Origin: Phycisphaeraceae bacterium
GTDB lineage: Bacteria; Planctomycetota; Phycisphaerae; Phycisphaerales; Phycisphaeraceae
Assembly: GCA_963674705.1 (NCBI GenBank)
Contig: OY771506.1
Coordinates: forward strand, 736,001-800,000
Length of the DNA: 64,000 nt
Reading direction: 5' to 3'
Shown: positions 1-9,413 of the stretch, piece by piece
Numbering within the stretch: the first letter of the stretch is position 1
Layout of the letters: each line of letters begins with the position of its first letter
Translations under genes and position numbers: made by a program
The notes under the pieces: model-generated
What the model saw: only the letters and a program-made list of their open reading frames with translations
What the model was told of the DNA's origin: nothing
Databases searched by the model: none

Positions 1-532
1 CGGCGCGCTCGGCGGTGGGCTTAAGCGTCTTCAGGTCGGATTGCAGCGCCTGGAAGTTGTCGGCCATCACGGGCAGTGCGGAGCGCGGCCTGGCGGCGGC
101 GAAGATGATGTTGGCGACGTCTTTGCCGGGCTTGAGTGAATCGAGGATGCGATCGGCTTCTGCTTGCAGAGATTGACTTACCGGGATGCCATGGATGAGT
201 TGGCCCGTCGAGGCGCTGGTGTCGATGACGATAAGTGTTGCGCGCTTGGCGTCGGGAGATTGGCCGGCGTGCGCCCATTGCCAGACGGGCTGCATGAACG
301 CGAGCACGATCGCGAAGACCGCAAGGCAGCGTAAAAGCAGCAGCCACCAGCGGCGCATCTTGAACATGGAGGACTGGCTTGCCGTGGCGGCGACGAGCAG
401 GACGATGCTTGGGAAGGTGACACGCCGGCGGGCTTTGCGGTTGAGCAGGTGCGCCACGATCGGCAGCACGACCAGGCCCGCGCCAAGTACCAGGCTTGGT
501 GCAAGGAGCGAGATGGCGGCGAGCGTGGTCAT
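1..532 (-). CDS. BatA-type N-terminal double-TM domain plus vWA domain protein (runs off window start)
   Basis: Not in ORF track. Manual translation from ATG at 532: MTTLAAISLLAPSLVLGAGLVVLPIVAHLLNRKARRRVTFPS...LLLLRCLAVFAIVLAFMQP...IVIDTSAS. Shows the BatA 'P..HL' and 'LLLR' motifs and a vWA DxSxS; follows MoxR and DUF58. Confidence 0.85.
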   Translation of the reverse strand, partial: MTTLAAISLLAPSLVLGAGLVVLPIVAHLLNRKARRRVTFPSIVLLVAATASQSSMFKMRRWWLLLLRCLAVFAIVLAFMQPVWQWAHAGQSPDAKRATLIVIDTSASTGQLIHGIPVSQSLQAEADRILDSLKPGKDVANIIFAAARPRSALPVMADNFQALQSDLKTLKPTAERA

Positions 533-553
533 GGTTTAACTCAAGATCGCAGG

Positions 554-1585
554 TTAAACACGCGCAGCGCGTGTGAACAGGTAATCACGCAAGGCATCGT
601 GGTAATGCGTCGCGGTCGAAACGCGGTGGTAATCGATGCCGCGCGCGGTCAGGTCGTCGTGCCAGTTGTCGCATAATTCTTTGATGCGTGATTCGTAAGA
701 TAGTCGGATGTCCGGGACGTTAAGGCGGACGCGTCTTTCGGTTTCGCTGTCGATAAAGATCGCTTCCTGCATGTCGGGCAGTTGCCATTCATCCTCGTGC
801 AGGATGTGGAAGACGATGGCTTCACCTCCGCGCGAGGTGAATGCGGATAATGCTTTTAAGATCGGATCGCGTCTTTCCAACAGGTCGGAGAAGACGATCA
901 GCAGGCTGCGGCGCGGCAGGCGTTGCGTGAAGTATTTGGCGGAATCGGCGAGGTTGGCGTTGTCGTTTACGCGCACGCGGTGCATGGCTCGCAGCATGTT
1001 GTTGAGCTGTTCGAAACCGCCGCGCGCATCGTGTTCGCGGTGCAGGCCCCTGCGTGCAAATGCGAAGGCGATGTGGTCCTGCTGGCGGATCGTCAGAAAT
1101 CCGATGGCCGCAGCGATCAGGCATGCCTGGTCGTACTTACTGGGGTGTTCGATGATGTGGCTGGTTTTTCGCGTGTCGACTTTCGTGCCCAGCGCTTTGA
1201 GTTTACCCATCCAGGATTGAGCGGGTTTGACGGGTCGTTTGGGGTCGAGGCCGTCGTATGCCATGGAAGCCGAGGCGTCGATGAGCAGGCCGACGGTCAT
1301 GTCGGTCTGGTGTTCGAAGAGTTTGATGAAGAGTCGATCGCTTCTGCCGAAGACTTTCCAGTCGATGTCGCCGACCTCGTCGCCGGGCGCGTATTCGCGG
1401 TAGTCGTTGAACTCGACACAGTGGCCGCGCTGCCGGGAAGTGTGACGGCCGGCGTATCGGCCGCGGATGGGGTGGCGCGGTGCGAAGATGTAGTTGCGCA
1501 GCACCGCCAGGTCCTGCACCTGAAGATACGGGCTGATGTGCGAGGGCTCGGCCGGGCTGTCGGGTTGGACTGTCTGGTCGGGCAT
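554..1585 (-). CDS. DUF58 family protein (MoxR-associated)
   Basis: EFNDYREYAPGDEVGDIDWKVFGRSDRLFIK, IDASASM and SDL motifs; directly downstream of MoxR. Start could be 1585 or 1594. Confidence 0.9.
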   Translation of the reverse strand: MPDQTVQPDSPAEPSHISPYLQVQDLAVLRNYIFAPRHPIRGRYAGRHTSRQRGHCVEFNDYREYAPGDEVGDIDWKVFGRSDRLFIKLFEHQTDMTVGLLIDASASMAYDGLDPKRPVKPAQSWMGKLKALGTKVDTRKTSHIIEHPSKYDQACLIAAAIGFLTIRQQDHIAFAFARRGLHREHDARGGFEQLNNMLRAMHRVRVNDNANLADSAKYFTQRLPRRSLLIVFSDLLERRDPILKALSAFTSRGGEAIVFHILHEDEWQLPDMQEAIFIDSETERRVRLNVPDIRLSYESRIKELCDNWHDDLTARGIDYHRVSTATHYHDALRDYLFTRAARV

Positions 1586-1635
1586 GGGGATCAATTAAGA
1601 ACGAAGTTTGGAAAATTGTAAGAGACAAGAAAAAC

Positions 1636-1672
1636 GGCCCTCACCCCGGCCCTCTCCCGGGGGGAGAGGGAG
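1636..1672 (+). repeat. REP-like palindrome, family A (GGCCCTCACCCCGGCCCTCTCCC..GGGAGAGGG)
   Basis: Hairpin CCCTCTCCC/GGGAGAGGG; further copies at about 47426, 47520, 48464 and 55673. Confidence 0.85.
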
Positions 1673-1695
1673 GAAGACGCTAAGCCGCGAGCGGC

Positions 1696-2721
1696 TTATG
1701 TTGGGGCGGGTTCCTGGTGGGTTACTTCATCGATGATCCGCTGGATGATCTTGTCGGTGGATAGTCCTTCGCCTGCGGCCTGGTAGTTAGGAAGCACGCG
1801 GTGGCGCAGGACCAGCGGCGCGGCCTGGCGGATGTGGCCTTGCGTGACGGTGGGCGAACCGTCGAGCACGGCGAAGGCTTTGCCGGCTAACACCATGTGC
1901 TGACCTGCGCGCGGGCCGGCCCCCCACTGCACGAAGCGCGACGCCCAGTCGCTGCTCGATTCTCTACCCGGGCGCGTCGCGCGCGCCAGCGCCACGGCAT
2001 AACTGACCACGTGCTTACTCACCGGAACACGGCGGACCAGTTGTTGGTACTGCATCATCTGCTGTTTAGTGAATACGGTTTTAAGTTCGATGGGACGCGG
2101 CGCGGTCGTCTCCATAACGATCTGCTCTTCATCATCGACATCCGGGTAATCCATCCACAGGCTGAACATGAAGCGGTCGAGTTGCGCTTCGGGCAGCGGG
2201 TACGTGCCTTCCTGTTCGATGGGGTTCTGCGTGGCGACGACGATGAACGGGCGCTGAAGCTCGTGGCGCTTGCCCATGCTGGTGACTTGCAGTTCCTGCA
2301 TGGCTTCGAGCAGCGCGGATTGTGTCTTGGGCGGCGTGCGGTTGATTTCGTCGGCGAGGATGATGTTGGCGAAGACCGGGCCGGGCACGAAGCGCATGGC
2401 CCGGTTGCCTGATTCATCGTCTTGCAACAGTTCCATGCCGATGATGTCGGCGGGCATCATGTCGGGGGTGAACTGGATTCGGCGGAATTCCCAGCCGAGG
2501 ACTTGTGCGAGTGTTTTGACGAGAAGTGTTTTTGCCAGACCGGGCACGCCGACGAGCAGCGCGTGTCCTTCGCAGAAGGTGGCGGCAAGTAAGGCACGGA
2601 CGGTGTCGTTCTGTCCGATGATGACCTTTGCGACCTGCTCTTCCAAACGTCGGAAACCGTTCGACGCTTCGGAGAGCAGCGCGACATCATCCACGGCTAA
2701 TTCCTTGACCTGATCACTCAC
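1696..2721 (-). CDS. moxR: MoxR family AAA+ ATPase
   Basis: Walker A GVPGLAKT, RIQFTPDMMPAD, LADEINRTPPKTQSALLEAMQE, ATQNPIEQEGTYPLPEAQLDRF. Confidence 0.95.
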   Translation of the reverse strand: MSDQVKELAVDDVALLSEASNGFRRLEEQVAKVIIGQNDTVRALLAATFCEGHALLVGVPGLAKTLLVKTLAQVLGWEFRRIQFTPDMMPADIIGMELLQDDESGNRAMRFVPGPVFANIILADEINRTPPKTQSALLEAMQELQVTSMGKRHELQRPFIVVATQNPIEQEGTYPLPEAQLDRFMFSLWMDYPDVDDEEQIVMETTAPRPIELKTVFTKQQMMQYQQLVRRVPVSKHVVSYAVALARATRPGRESSSDWASRFVQWGAGPRAGQHMVLAGKAFAVLDGSPTVTQGHIRQAAPLVLRHRVLPNYQAAGEGLSTDKIIQRIIDEVTHQEPAPT

Positions 2722-2957
2722 GGCAGGCTCCTACCTGATGCTCTGATGCGTTGGGTTTTCCTATTTTAATAGGAATGTCCCGGTTCTATGTTGTCGGCCA
2801 CGAAGGATCCCCCCGGAACGGACCCGACGAAACCATTCCCCCTGGATCATGCCCTTTGGACCTCAATTATCCAAAGCGGCAAACAAATGCGTGCGGCTGA
2901 TACCGAATGTATCAGGACACGTGTCCCGGGTGTTGGATTGTGTGACGATTATTCCCA

Positions 2958-4139
2958 TCATTGCGACTGTTGGCTGGATGCCCGGTCCAGCAAGGCTTGC
3001 AGAGCCCCCACATTATCGAGCCGGCCTACAACTGCCGGGGCGCCGGGCACAAAAAGTACGGGCACATAGTCCGCGCCGCTTTCCCCATAAGATAGGACGT
3101 TGCGGCTTATCCGATCTTGCATACGCGGATCGTTATAAGCTTGTTCAAAAGTTTTTTCTCCAAGCCGTCGGATTGCCTCGGCGCGGGCGTTTTTAGCGGT
3201 GCGGGGCTGCACGGGCTCGTACATCCACCGATCAAAATCCGGGTAAGCCCCGGGGTCTGCCAGGAAAAAGGCGACCGCGATCCGGGTCAATTCGCAGCTT
3301 TCCTTGAATCGCTCGTCAATATCGTCCGAGACATGAGGATTGCAGCCGTGATTCAGAGGCATGGGCAGGAGGACGACGGTAAGCCGGCCCGGGTGCTGCT
3401 CTTGATATTCCTCGACGACGCTGTGCGTGTGTCGGCAGTGCAGGCAGGCGTAATCGAGCATCATGACCATGACCTGCTTGCCGTCCGGCGGACCGAGCAG
3501 CGGTTCTTCGCTGAGGTTGAGTGTGAGTTTGCCGTCGAGGACGGTGACGGTGCGGCCAGTGGCGGTTTGTTGATCGCTGCTGTGGGTGTCGAGTGTGATG
3601 AGCATCGAACTTGTGCCCATCTGCACGAGCATCATGGCGAGGACGAGAACGAGACCGAGCACGATCGCGGGGATGCTGCGCAAACGGATGCGCCAGAACA
3701 AAAGAGGCGCGAGTATCAAACCGATCGTGTGATCGGCCATGCAATAGGGGCAGATCGCTCGAAGCGGGATGAGTTGCAGGTAGATAAACCAGATAGCGGA
3801 ACCCGCGATGACGGTGGCGAGCAGTGAGAGCACGAATCTTGCAATGTAATTTGTCTTTTCATTCGCAGAGCGTGAGAAGAACAAGGCGATGATGATGCCG
3901 ATGTAGACGCCCATCGCGAGCAGGCTGACGGGGATGCCCAGACAGTGCGAGAACTTGCTTGATAGGACTTCTGCACATCCGGAACCCGAACCACAACCTG
4001 CGGGGCTCATGCCTTTACTCATCGAGGTGTAGGACAGGTAGGCACTGATGAGTAGCGCGGTAGCCGCCAGACAAATCATGAGGATGAACTCAAAACGAGC
4101 CGGGCCCGGTTTCCGGTAGTCGTCGAAAGGATCATTCAT
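2958..4139 (-). CDS. VKOR (vitamin K epoxide reductase family) fused to a DsbA-like thioredoxin domain
   Basis: VKOR loop cysteines CGSGSGCAEVLSS, TM helices and CPYC; C-terminal DYACLHC CxxC and cis-Pro 'VP' motif. Confidence 0.88.
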   Translation of the reverse strand: MNDPFDDYRKPGPARFEFILMICLAATALLISAYLSYTSMSKGMSPAGCGSGSGCAEVLSSKFSHCLGIPVSLLAMGVYIGIIIALFFSRSANEKTNYIARFVLSLLATVIAGSAIWFIYLQLIPLRAICPYCMADHTIGLILAPLLFWRIRLRSIPAIVLGLVLVLAMMLVQMGTSSMLITLDTHSSDQQTATGRTVTVLDGKLTLNLSEEPLLGPPDGKQVMVMMLDYACLHCRHTHSVVEEYQEQHPGRLTVVLLPMPLNHGCNPHVSDDIDERFKESCELTRIAVAFFLADPGAYPDFDRWMYEPVQPRTAKNARAEAIRRLGEKTFEQAYNDPRMQDRISRNVLSYGESGADYVPVLFVPGAPAVVGRLDNVGALQALLDRASSQQSQ

Positions 4140-4160
4140 GTGCCCGGATTGTACGGCAGG

Positions 4161-5261
4161 TTATCGATTGTTGTTCAGCTCGTTGATTTTTTCAGCCAGC
4201 ATGTGTGTGAACACCTCGCGGCCGGCGGGATTCAGGTGCGCGTAATCGGAAAAAGCGTCGTCGGGCATGGCGTCGCGCAGGTCGATGACGAGGATGTTGC
4301 GTCCGACGCTGACTTCATCGATCAACTCGCGGAAGACATCGTTGGATTCGGGCGGCAACCAGCCGCGCAAGCTGGATGACACGGGCAGATTCACAATGAT
4401 GATCTGCTTGGGCCCGAGCGCATCAAGGTCGGCGATGAGGTCGCGGAAGGCGTCGGCGTGGCGTCCGGTGGTTGAATAGCTTTCGGCCTGGAACCAGCCG
4501 AAGCGGGACCAGCCGTTGAACTGGCGTTTGAGGTATTTTTCGGGCCGACGGTCGGGGACGTCCCTGCGTCCCAGCGGGCGCCAGGGGCGGTCTGACGGTT
4601 GGAACAAACCGACCGCGCCGCTGTCGAGTCGTTCATGCAGGGCGAGGCGTGCTTCGAAAAACGCGATGTTGGTGTGGTGGCTGATGTTGCGGCGCTGGTT
4701 GCGGACCCAGTTGTGATCCTTAAGCCAACGGTCCGGCCGCCAACTGTACTCGGAAGGTTCATTCTTTTTCGCTCGATCATCTACCGAGGCTTCCGTTTCG
4801 TCTTCTTCGAGGTCGGCTGCGCCCTGGCCGACAAGCATGGTGGCGTGCAGGCCGAGGATGATGGTGTCGGGTTGGACCTTGCTGGCGGTAAGCGTCTGGG
4901 CGTAGAGCCGGAGCTTGACGAAGCTGCTGCCGAAGCCGTTGATGAGAAGCCAGGGATGACGCGGGACAACTTCTTTTTTCAGCAGCGTCGGGTCGATGCC
5001 TCGGAGGGTGGTGGATTGCCCGAGGACGACGCCGAACGCTTCGGGGCCTTCGTTATGATGATTGCGGGTTTGCAGTTCGACGCCGGCGACGTTTTCGCCG
5101 ATGGTTTGCAACTGGACCCAGGCGATTTTCTTTTCCGGGTCGTTGAACATGGCCGGGTCGCTGCCGAACATGACGTTCAGCAGGATGTTGCAAAAGACGA
5201 ACGCGCACAGCATCCCCCCACTGACGATGAGCAGGCCGTGATATCGTTTGAAGTCAATCAT
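4161..5261 (-). CDS. Membrane-anchored SGNH/DltD-like acyltransferase
   Basis: N-terminal TM anchor, VVLGQST (block I Ser), NGFGSS, C-terminal DYAHLN (DxxH); downstream of an MBOAT gene. Confidence 0.7.
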   Translation of the reverse strand: MIDFKRYHGLLIVSGGMLCAFVFCNILLNVMFGSDPAMFNDPEKKIAWVQLQTIGENVAGVELQTRNHHNEGPEAFGVVLGQSTTLRGIDPTLLKKEVVPRHPWLLINGFGSSFVKLRLYAQTLTASKVQPDTIILGLHATMLVGQGAADLEEDETEASVDDRAKKNEPSEYSWRPDRWLKDHNWVRNQRRNISHHTNIAFFEARLALHERLDSGAVGLFQPSDRPWRPLGRRDVPDRRPEKYLKRQFNGWSRFGWFQAESYSTTGRHADAFRDLIADLDALGPKQIIIVNLPVSSSLRGWLPPESNDVFRELIDEVSVGRNILVIDLRDAMPDDAFSDYAHLNPAGREVFTHMLAEKINELNNNR

Positions 5262-5272
5262 GACCGCGTCGG

Positions 5273-5404
5273 CTAAAAACCCTGATAGAAGAACGTTTCA
5301 CCCGTGCGCGAGAGCCAGTACGCGGCGACGATCATGAGGACGATCTTGATCAGCCGGTATGTCCACTGCCACCAGGTAAGTTTGATGGCTGGGTCATCAC
5401 TCAT
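5273..5404 (-). CDS. 43-aa DltX-like membrane micropeptide
   Basis: MSDDPAIKLTWWQWTYRLIKIVLMIVAAYWLSRTGETFFYQGF*. ATG overlaps the MBOAT TGA (TGATG); one TM helix and a C-terminal FFYQGF motif. Below the ORF-track size cut-off. Confidence 0.85.
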   Translation of the reverse strand: MSDDPAIKLTWWQWTYRLIKIVLMIVAAYWLSRTGETFFYQGF

Positions 5405-6573
5405 CAGAACAACTCCTTCCAGGGGTAGCCGATGATCAGCAAGGAGAACGCGACGTATTCAAAGGTCAGGAACTGAGCGACCAGGCGGTACGTCCACTTC
5501 TGTCGGTAGGCTTTGACGCCCTTGCTGCCCAGTTTTTTTGTCAGCCAGTAGCGGTAGGTATTGGTGATGACCAGGCCCACGGCGTGCATCGCGCCCCAGA
5601 AGAAGAAGGGCCAACTGACGTTGTGCCAGAGCCCGCAGAGCAGAAACGCGACGGTGAAGGCGAAGGTCGCGATGAGCAGCGGGTGTTTGCCGCCGGTCTT
5701 GCGTGCCATGTTCAGTTGCATGGGGATGAACATGTTGCGCCTGATCCACAGGGACAGCGAGATGTGCCAGCGGTCCCAGAAGTCGATCATATTGCGGGCG
5801 ATGTAGGGTTTGTCGAAGTTTTCGGGAGTGTGGATGCCCATGAGTTTGCCGATGCCGACGGCGATGTCGCTGTAGGCGGAGAAGTCGAGGAAGAGCCAGA
5901 TGTAATGCATCTGCACTTCGAAGAGCATGTAAGGACCGGTCACGTAGAAGTCGGTCAGGAATACATGCTGGATCGTGAAGGCGACAACGAACTTCTTGAA
6001 TAGTCCCAATGCGATGCGTTCGATACCTTCCAGCGCCTGGACCGGCGTAAGCGGATCGGGCACGGACGGTTGATCGTAAAAGTCTTCGTAAGACTGGATC
6101 GGCCCGGCGGCGAGCATGTGGAACGGGAGGATGTAGTTGATCGTTGCCACGGGGTTCGGTGAAGGTCGGCCGCCCTGGTAGACGACGCGCCCGACATCGA
6201 AGATACGCAGCATCGCGTACGAATAACCGACCGCCGCCAGGATCGGATTGACCCCGCCCACGCCCAATGCTATCGAGACGTCCGGTCGCTTGTTGAACAC
6301 GAACAACACCAAGGCGATCAGCAAGCCGACGAACATCAACACCAGCCGCCAGGGCTTCGGCTGTGCGAGGATGCGCAAGCCTGACCAGATACATAACACA
6401 CCCGCCAGCACCCACAACACCTGCACGTGCAGTATGAGTGAGATGAACATGATGTTGACCGCGGCGAACACATACTGACGTGCGGTCGCCTTTGTCAGCG
6501 GCGTTAACAGCACGACCGCCAGCAGCATGGTCATCCAGAATTCTTTGGTCGCCAGGTCGATCGTTGGAATCAT
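5404..6573 (-). CDS. MBOAT family O-acyltransferase (DltB/AlgI-like)
   Basis: AGPI, DFSAYSDIAVG, PENFDKPY, FWDRWHISLS and GLWH (catalytic His); multiple TM segments. Confidence 0.93.
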   Translation of the reverse strand: MIPTIDLATKEFWMTMLLAVVLLTPLTKATARQYVFAAVNIMFISLILHVQVLWVLAGVLCIWSGLRILAQPKPWRLVLMFVGLLIALVLFVFNKRPDVSIALGVGGVNPILAAVGYSYAMLRIFDVGRVVYQGGRPSPNPVATINYILPFHMLAAGPIQSYEDFYDQPSVPDPLTPVQALEGIERIALGLFKKFVVAFTIQHVFLTDFYVTGPYMLFEVQMHYIWLFLDFSAYSDIAVGIGKLMGIHTPENFDKPYIARNMIDFWDRWHISLSLWIRRNMFIPMQLNMARKTGGKHPLLIATFAFTVAFLLCGLWHNVSWPFFFWGAMHAVGLVITNTYRYWLTKKLGSKGVKAYRQKWTYRLVAQFLTFEYVAFSLLIIGYPWKELF

Positions 6574-8411
6574 CCGGGGATCGCCTCGGCGGTTTTGATG
6601 TGGGTGACAACGTTCGGCGGGTCGGACAGGTTGAGCGTGTAGACGACTGAGCCGTCCGCGTCCTCGGTTTTCCGCTTAAAGCCGAGTCGGTCGTAGAGGT
6701 CGGCTACGAGCTTGTTCTTCGCGGTAGGGATGAACTCGCCTTCAAGCGTTTTGAATCCGGCTTGCAACGCGCGCTCGAGCAGGATGCTGAACATGAACTG
6801 TTCGGATGTCCTGTTGATGACGCGGCAGCTCATGAGCCAGGTGTCGATACGCAGGGTTTGCTCATCATTCGGCACCGCGATGACGAGGGAGACGAGGCCG
6901 TGATCGCCGAACTTATCGCTTAGCCGAAGCGTCATACCGACCGCGCCTGTTTGGGCGAGCATCGCACGGACATCCTCGGCGGTGTGGCGGCGGGTGGTCA
7001 GGTTGAACTGGTTGGTCTTACCCAGCAGTTGGACGACGCGCTGCATGTCGGTTTCGTCGATGTCGCGCACATCGGCGATCATTTCCAGTGACGCGAGATA
7101 ATCATCGATCGAAGCGAACGACTGTTCGGCATCGCGGCGCTTGCGTTCGACGGCGTATTGCTCAGCCCGCTGACGATCCGCGCCGGAGACTTCGACGGCC
7201 TCGAAGTAGAGCCCCGCTTCCACCGCACGGACGTAACCGGCGGCATCCTCGGGTACTTCGACGACTTCCACTTCGGGCAACACCTGGCGGACGTGTTCGC
7301 GCTCAGCAGGGTTGTCATCAACGAAGACGAAACTATCGAGCCCGAGGCGCAGCGTCTTGGCGATGCGTTCGATGGCCAAGGGTTTGGGGTCCCAGCTTGC
7401 TTCAAACGCGGCGAAGTCGTCGAGCGTGAGGACCATGTCCGGGTGTTTGCCGAACGGTTCACGCGCATCGTCGGGGTTGTTCTTGGAGCAGACGGCCAGG
7501 ACGACGCCGCGCTCGGCTAAACCCTTGGCGTACTTCTGGAAGGAGCGGTAGGCTTCGCCATCCGCGGTTTCACCGACGGAGATGCCGAGTGGGCCGGTCT
7601 CGCCTACTACGCCGCCCCAGAGTGTGTTGTCCAGGTCGAGTACGAGCACCTTCTTCGGGCCGGTCGTCACCGCACGAAGAGCGGCGGCGAGGTGATAGCT
7701 CAGTAACGAAGTGCCTTCTTCGCTGAACGGCTGCTTGGTCCAGTGGTATCGGCGAGCATCGTAAAATTGATCACGGCCCATCTGCCCGGCGACGCGCTGA
7801 AGGTCGACGAAGTACGCGCCTTTGGGCAATGCTTCACGCAGGGCGCGGTCCATCGCACGCATCAGGCCCGTGGGCCCTTCGGGTTCGCCCGAGAGGTTGA
7901 CGCCAAACGGACCCGCATCGATACAGTCGTAACCGACCTGGATGATGCGGGCCTTGAGTTGATTGGCTGCGATCTGCCAGGCTTGTTGCCAAAAGGCTAA
8001 TTCGTCGGCAACGCGATCGGTGGGGCTGCGGTCTGCGCCGCTAAGTAATCGTTGATGCCAGGGGACGAAGACGACGGTGTCGATGCGCTCGCCCGAGGAG
8101 GCGGCGGTCAGCAGTTCCTGCATGACGTTGTCGTATTCGCCGTCGATGACGTAGGCGGACATACCCCGGCCGAGGGCTTGTGCGGCCAGGCCGTTAGCGA
8201 GCCAGGTGGTTGTGCATTGGCCGACCATCAGGACGCGGTGGACGTCGCTATTGTCTTTGAATTGTTTTTCGATGTAGCGGCCGGCCTTGTCGATCTCTTC
8301 GCCGGTGAATCCGCCAAGACGCAGCGCGGCGCGCAGCAGCTCAATGCCCTCATCGGCCTTGCCTGCTTTGCGGAGTTTCACGGCCTGCTTGATCTGGTCG
8401 GCTGGATTCAT
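6570..8411 (-). CDS. FkbH-like HAD-IIIC glyceryl-ACP-forming enzyme with C-terminal GNAT-like domain
   Basis: KVLVLDLDNTLWGGVVGE, CSKNN, FVDDNPAE, KTNQFNLTTRR and LMSCRV (acyl-accepting Cys). Confidence 0.92.
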   Translation of the reverse strand: MNPADQIKQAVKLRKAGKADEGIELLRAALRLGGFTGEEIDKAGRYIEKQFKDNSDVHRVLMVGQCTTTWLANGLAAQALGRGMSAYVIDGEYDNVMQELLTAASSGERIDTVVFVPWHQRLLSGADRSPTDRVADELAFWQQAWQIAANQLKARIIQVGYDCIDAGPFGVNLSGEPEGPTGLMRAMDRALREALPKGAYFVDLQRVAGQMGRDQFYDARRYHWTKQPFSEEGTSLLSYHLAAALRAVTTGPKKVLVLDLDNTLWGGVVGETGPLGISVGETADGEAYRSFQKYAKGLAERGVVLAVCSKNNPDDAREPFGKHPDMVLTLDDFAAFEASWDPKPLAIERIAKTLRLGLDSFVFVDDNPAEREHVRQVLPEVEVVEVPEDAAGYVRAVEAGLYFEAVEVSGADRQRAEQYAVERKRRDAEQSFASIDDYLASLEMIADVRDIDETDMQRVVQLLGKTNQFNLTTRRHTAEDVRAMLAQTGAVGMTLRLSDKFGDHGLVSLVIAVPNDEQTLRIDTWLMSCRVINRTSEQFMFSILLERALQAGFKTLEGEFIPTAKNKLVADLYDRLGFKRKTEDADGSVVYTLNLSDPPNVVTHIKTAEAIPG

Positions 8412-8428
8412 GCTTGTCTACTTACCGT

Positions 8429-9379
8429 TTACTTTTCAGAAGGAACGCAGACGTAGGCCACGTCGATCGACGGGTCCTGCTTGTTCTTGCCGTAGTCGGC
8501 GACGCGGAAAGATTTTTCGGCGACGATGTCGAAGCCCGCCTCTTTGAGCATGTCGTTGACCTGATGGCACTCGGTGAAGAGGTACAGGTGATCGATGGCG
8601 TTGGAGTTCACGACGGTCGTGGCGAACATCGGTGCGCCGGGCTTGAGGCAGCGGCACAGTTCTTTCAATGAGAACAGCGGGTCGGGCACGTGCTCGATGA
8701 TTTCGGCGAAGACGCCCCAACTCAGGGTGTTGTCTTCGTAGGGCCAGCGGACGCGTGCGTCGCCGGAGCCGAGGGTGTAGCGGTCTTTGGCGATACCGGC
8801 TTCAGCGAGCAGCTTGCCGGCGTATTCGATAGAGAATCGGCTGACGTCCAGGCTGTTGGTGCTGGTGCCGGGTTTGGCTTCGAGGATGTTCAGCAGGTAC
8901 AGGCCGTGCCCGAACCCGAACTCGCAGCCGACGCCTGAATCCGGGACGCGGGACAGGAACGCTTCGGTGAAGAAGTGGTGGATATCGAAGTGGATGGGCC
9001 AGTAGGCGTGGGTGAGCATGAGCCCTTCGAGGTAGAACTTACCCATCACGTCAGGGTTGTCGTAGACCTCTTTATAAACATCTTCGAAGTCGCTGTGGCT
9101 GTATTCCTGTGTCTGCATGAAGCGCGCCTGCTCTTTGAGGTAGGCGTAGGTGTATTCGATGAGTGAATCCATCGGCGAGCCGCCCATACGCTGGGCGAGG
9201 TCGACGAGGTGTTCGGCCTGCTGCCAGAAGGCGTCGCCGTGGGTATTGATCTGGTGTTCGGCGTGCGGGGCGAGGAGGTTGCGTGCTTTTTCCAGCAGGT
9301 CCTGTGTGAAGCGGGCGGCGATGGGGTACTTGGCCGCGGCGGATTCGATCGCTGATTGCACGTCGGTTACATGTGTCAT
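8429..9379 (-). CDS. Class I SAM-dependent methyltransferase
   Basis: Motif I CEFGFGHG, acidic SLDVS, EIIEHVPDP..LKPG. Confidence 0.85.
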   Translation of the reverse strand: MTHVTDVQSAIESAAAKYPIAARFTQDLLEKARNLLAPHAEHQINTHGDAFWQQAEHLVDLAQRMGGSPMDSLIEYTYAYLKEQARFMQTQEYSHSDFEDVYKEVYDNPDVMGKFYLEGLMLTHAYWPIHFDIHHFFTEAFLSRVPDSGVGCEFGFGHGLYLLNILEAKPGTSTNSLDVSRFSIEYAGKLLAEAGIAKDRYTLGSGDARVRWPYEDNTLSWGVFAEIIEHVPDPLFSLKELCRCLKPGAPMFATTVVNSNAIDHLYLFTECHQVNDMLKEAGFDIVAEKSFRVADYGKNKQDPSIDVAYVCVPSEK

Positions 9380-9413
9380 GCGTCTTACTCGTTAGATATC
9401 AGGTTCGTTTTAT

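Noticed and set aside
1..2721. MoxR-DUF58-BatA/vWA operon as a novel system
   Set aside because: A well-known, widespread gene arrangement.
5459..6610. 383-aa alternative-frame ORF overlapping the MBOAT gene
   Set aside because: Arg/Ala/Gly-rich off-frame translation; the MBOAT frame carries all conserved motifs.
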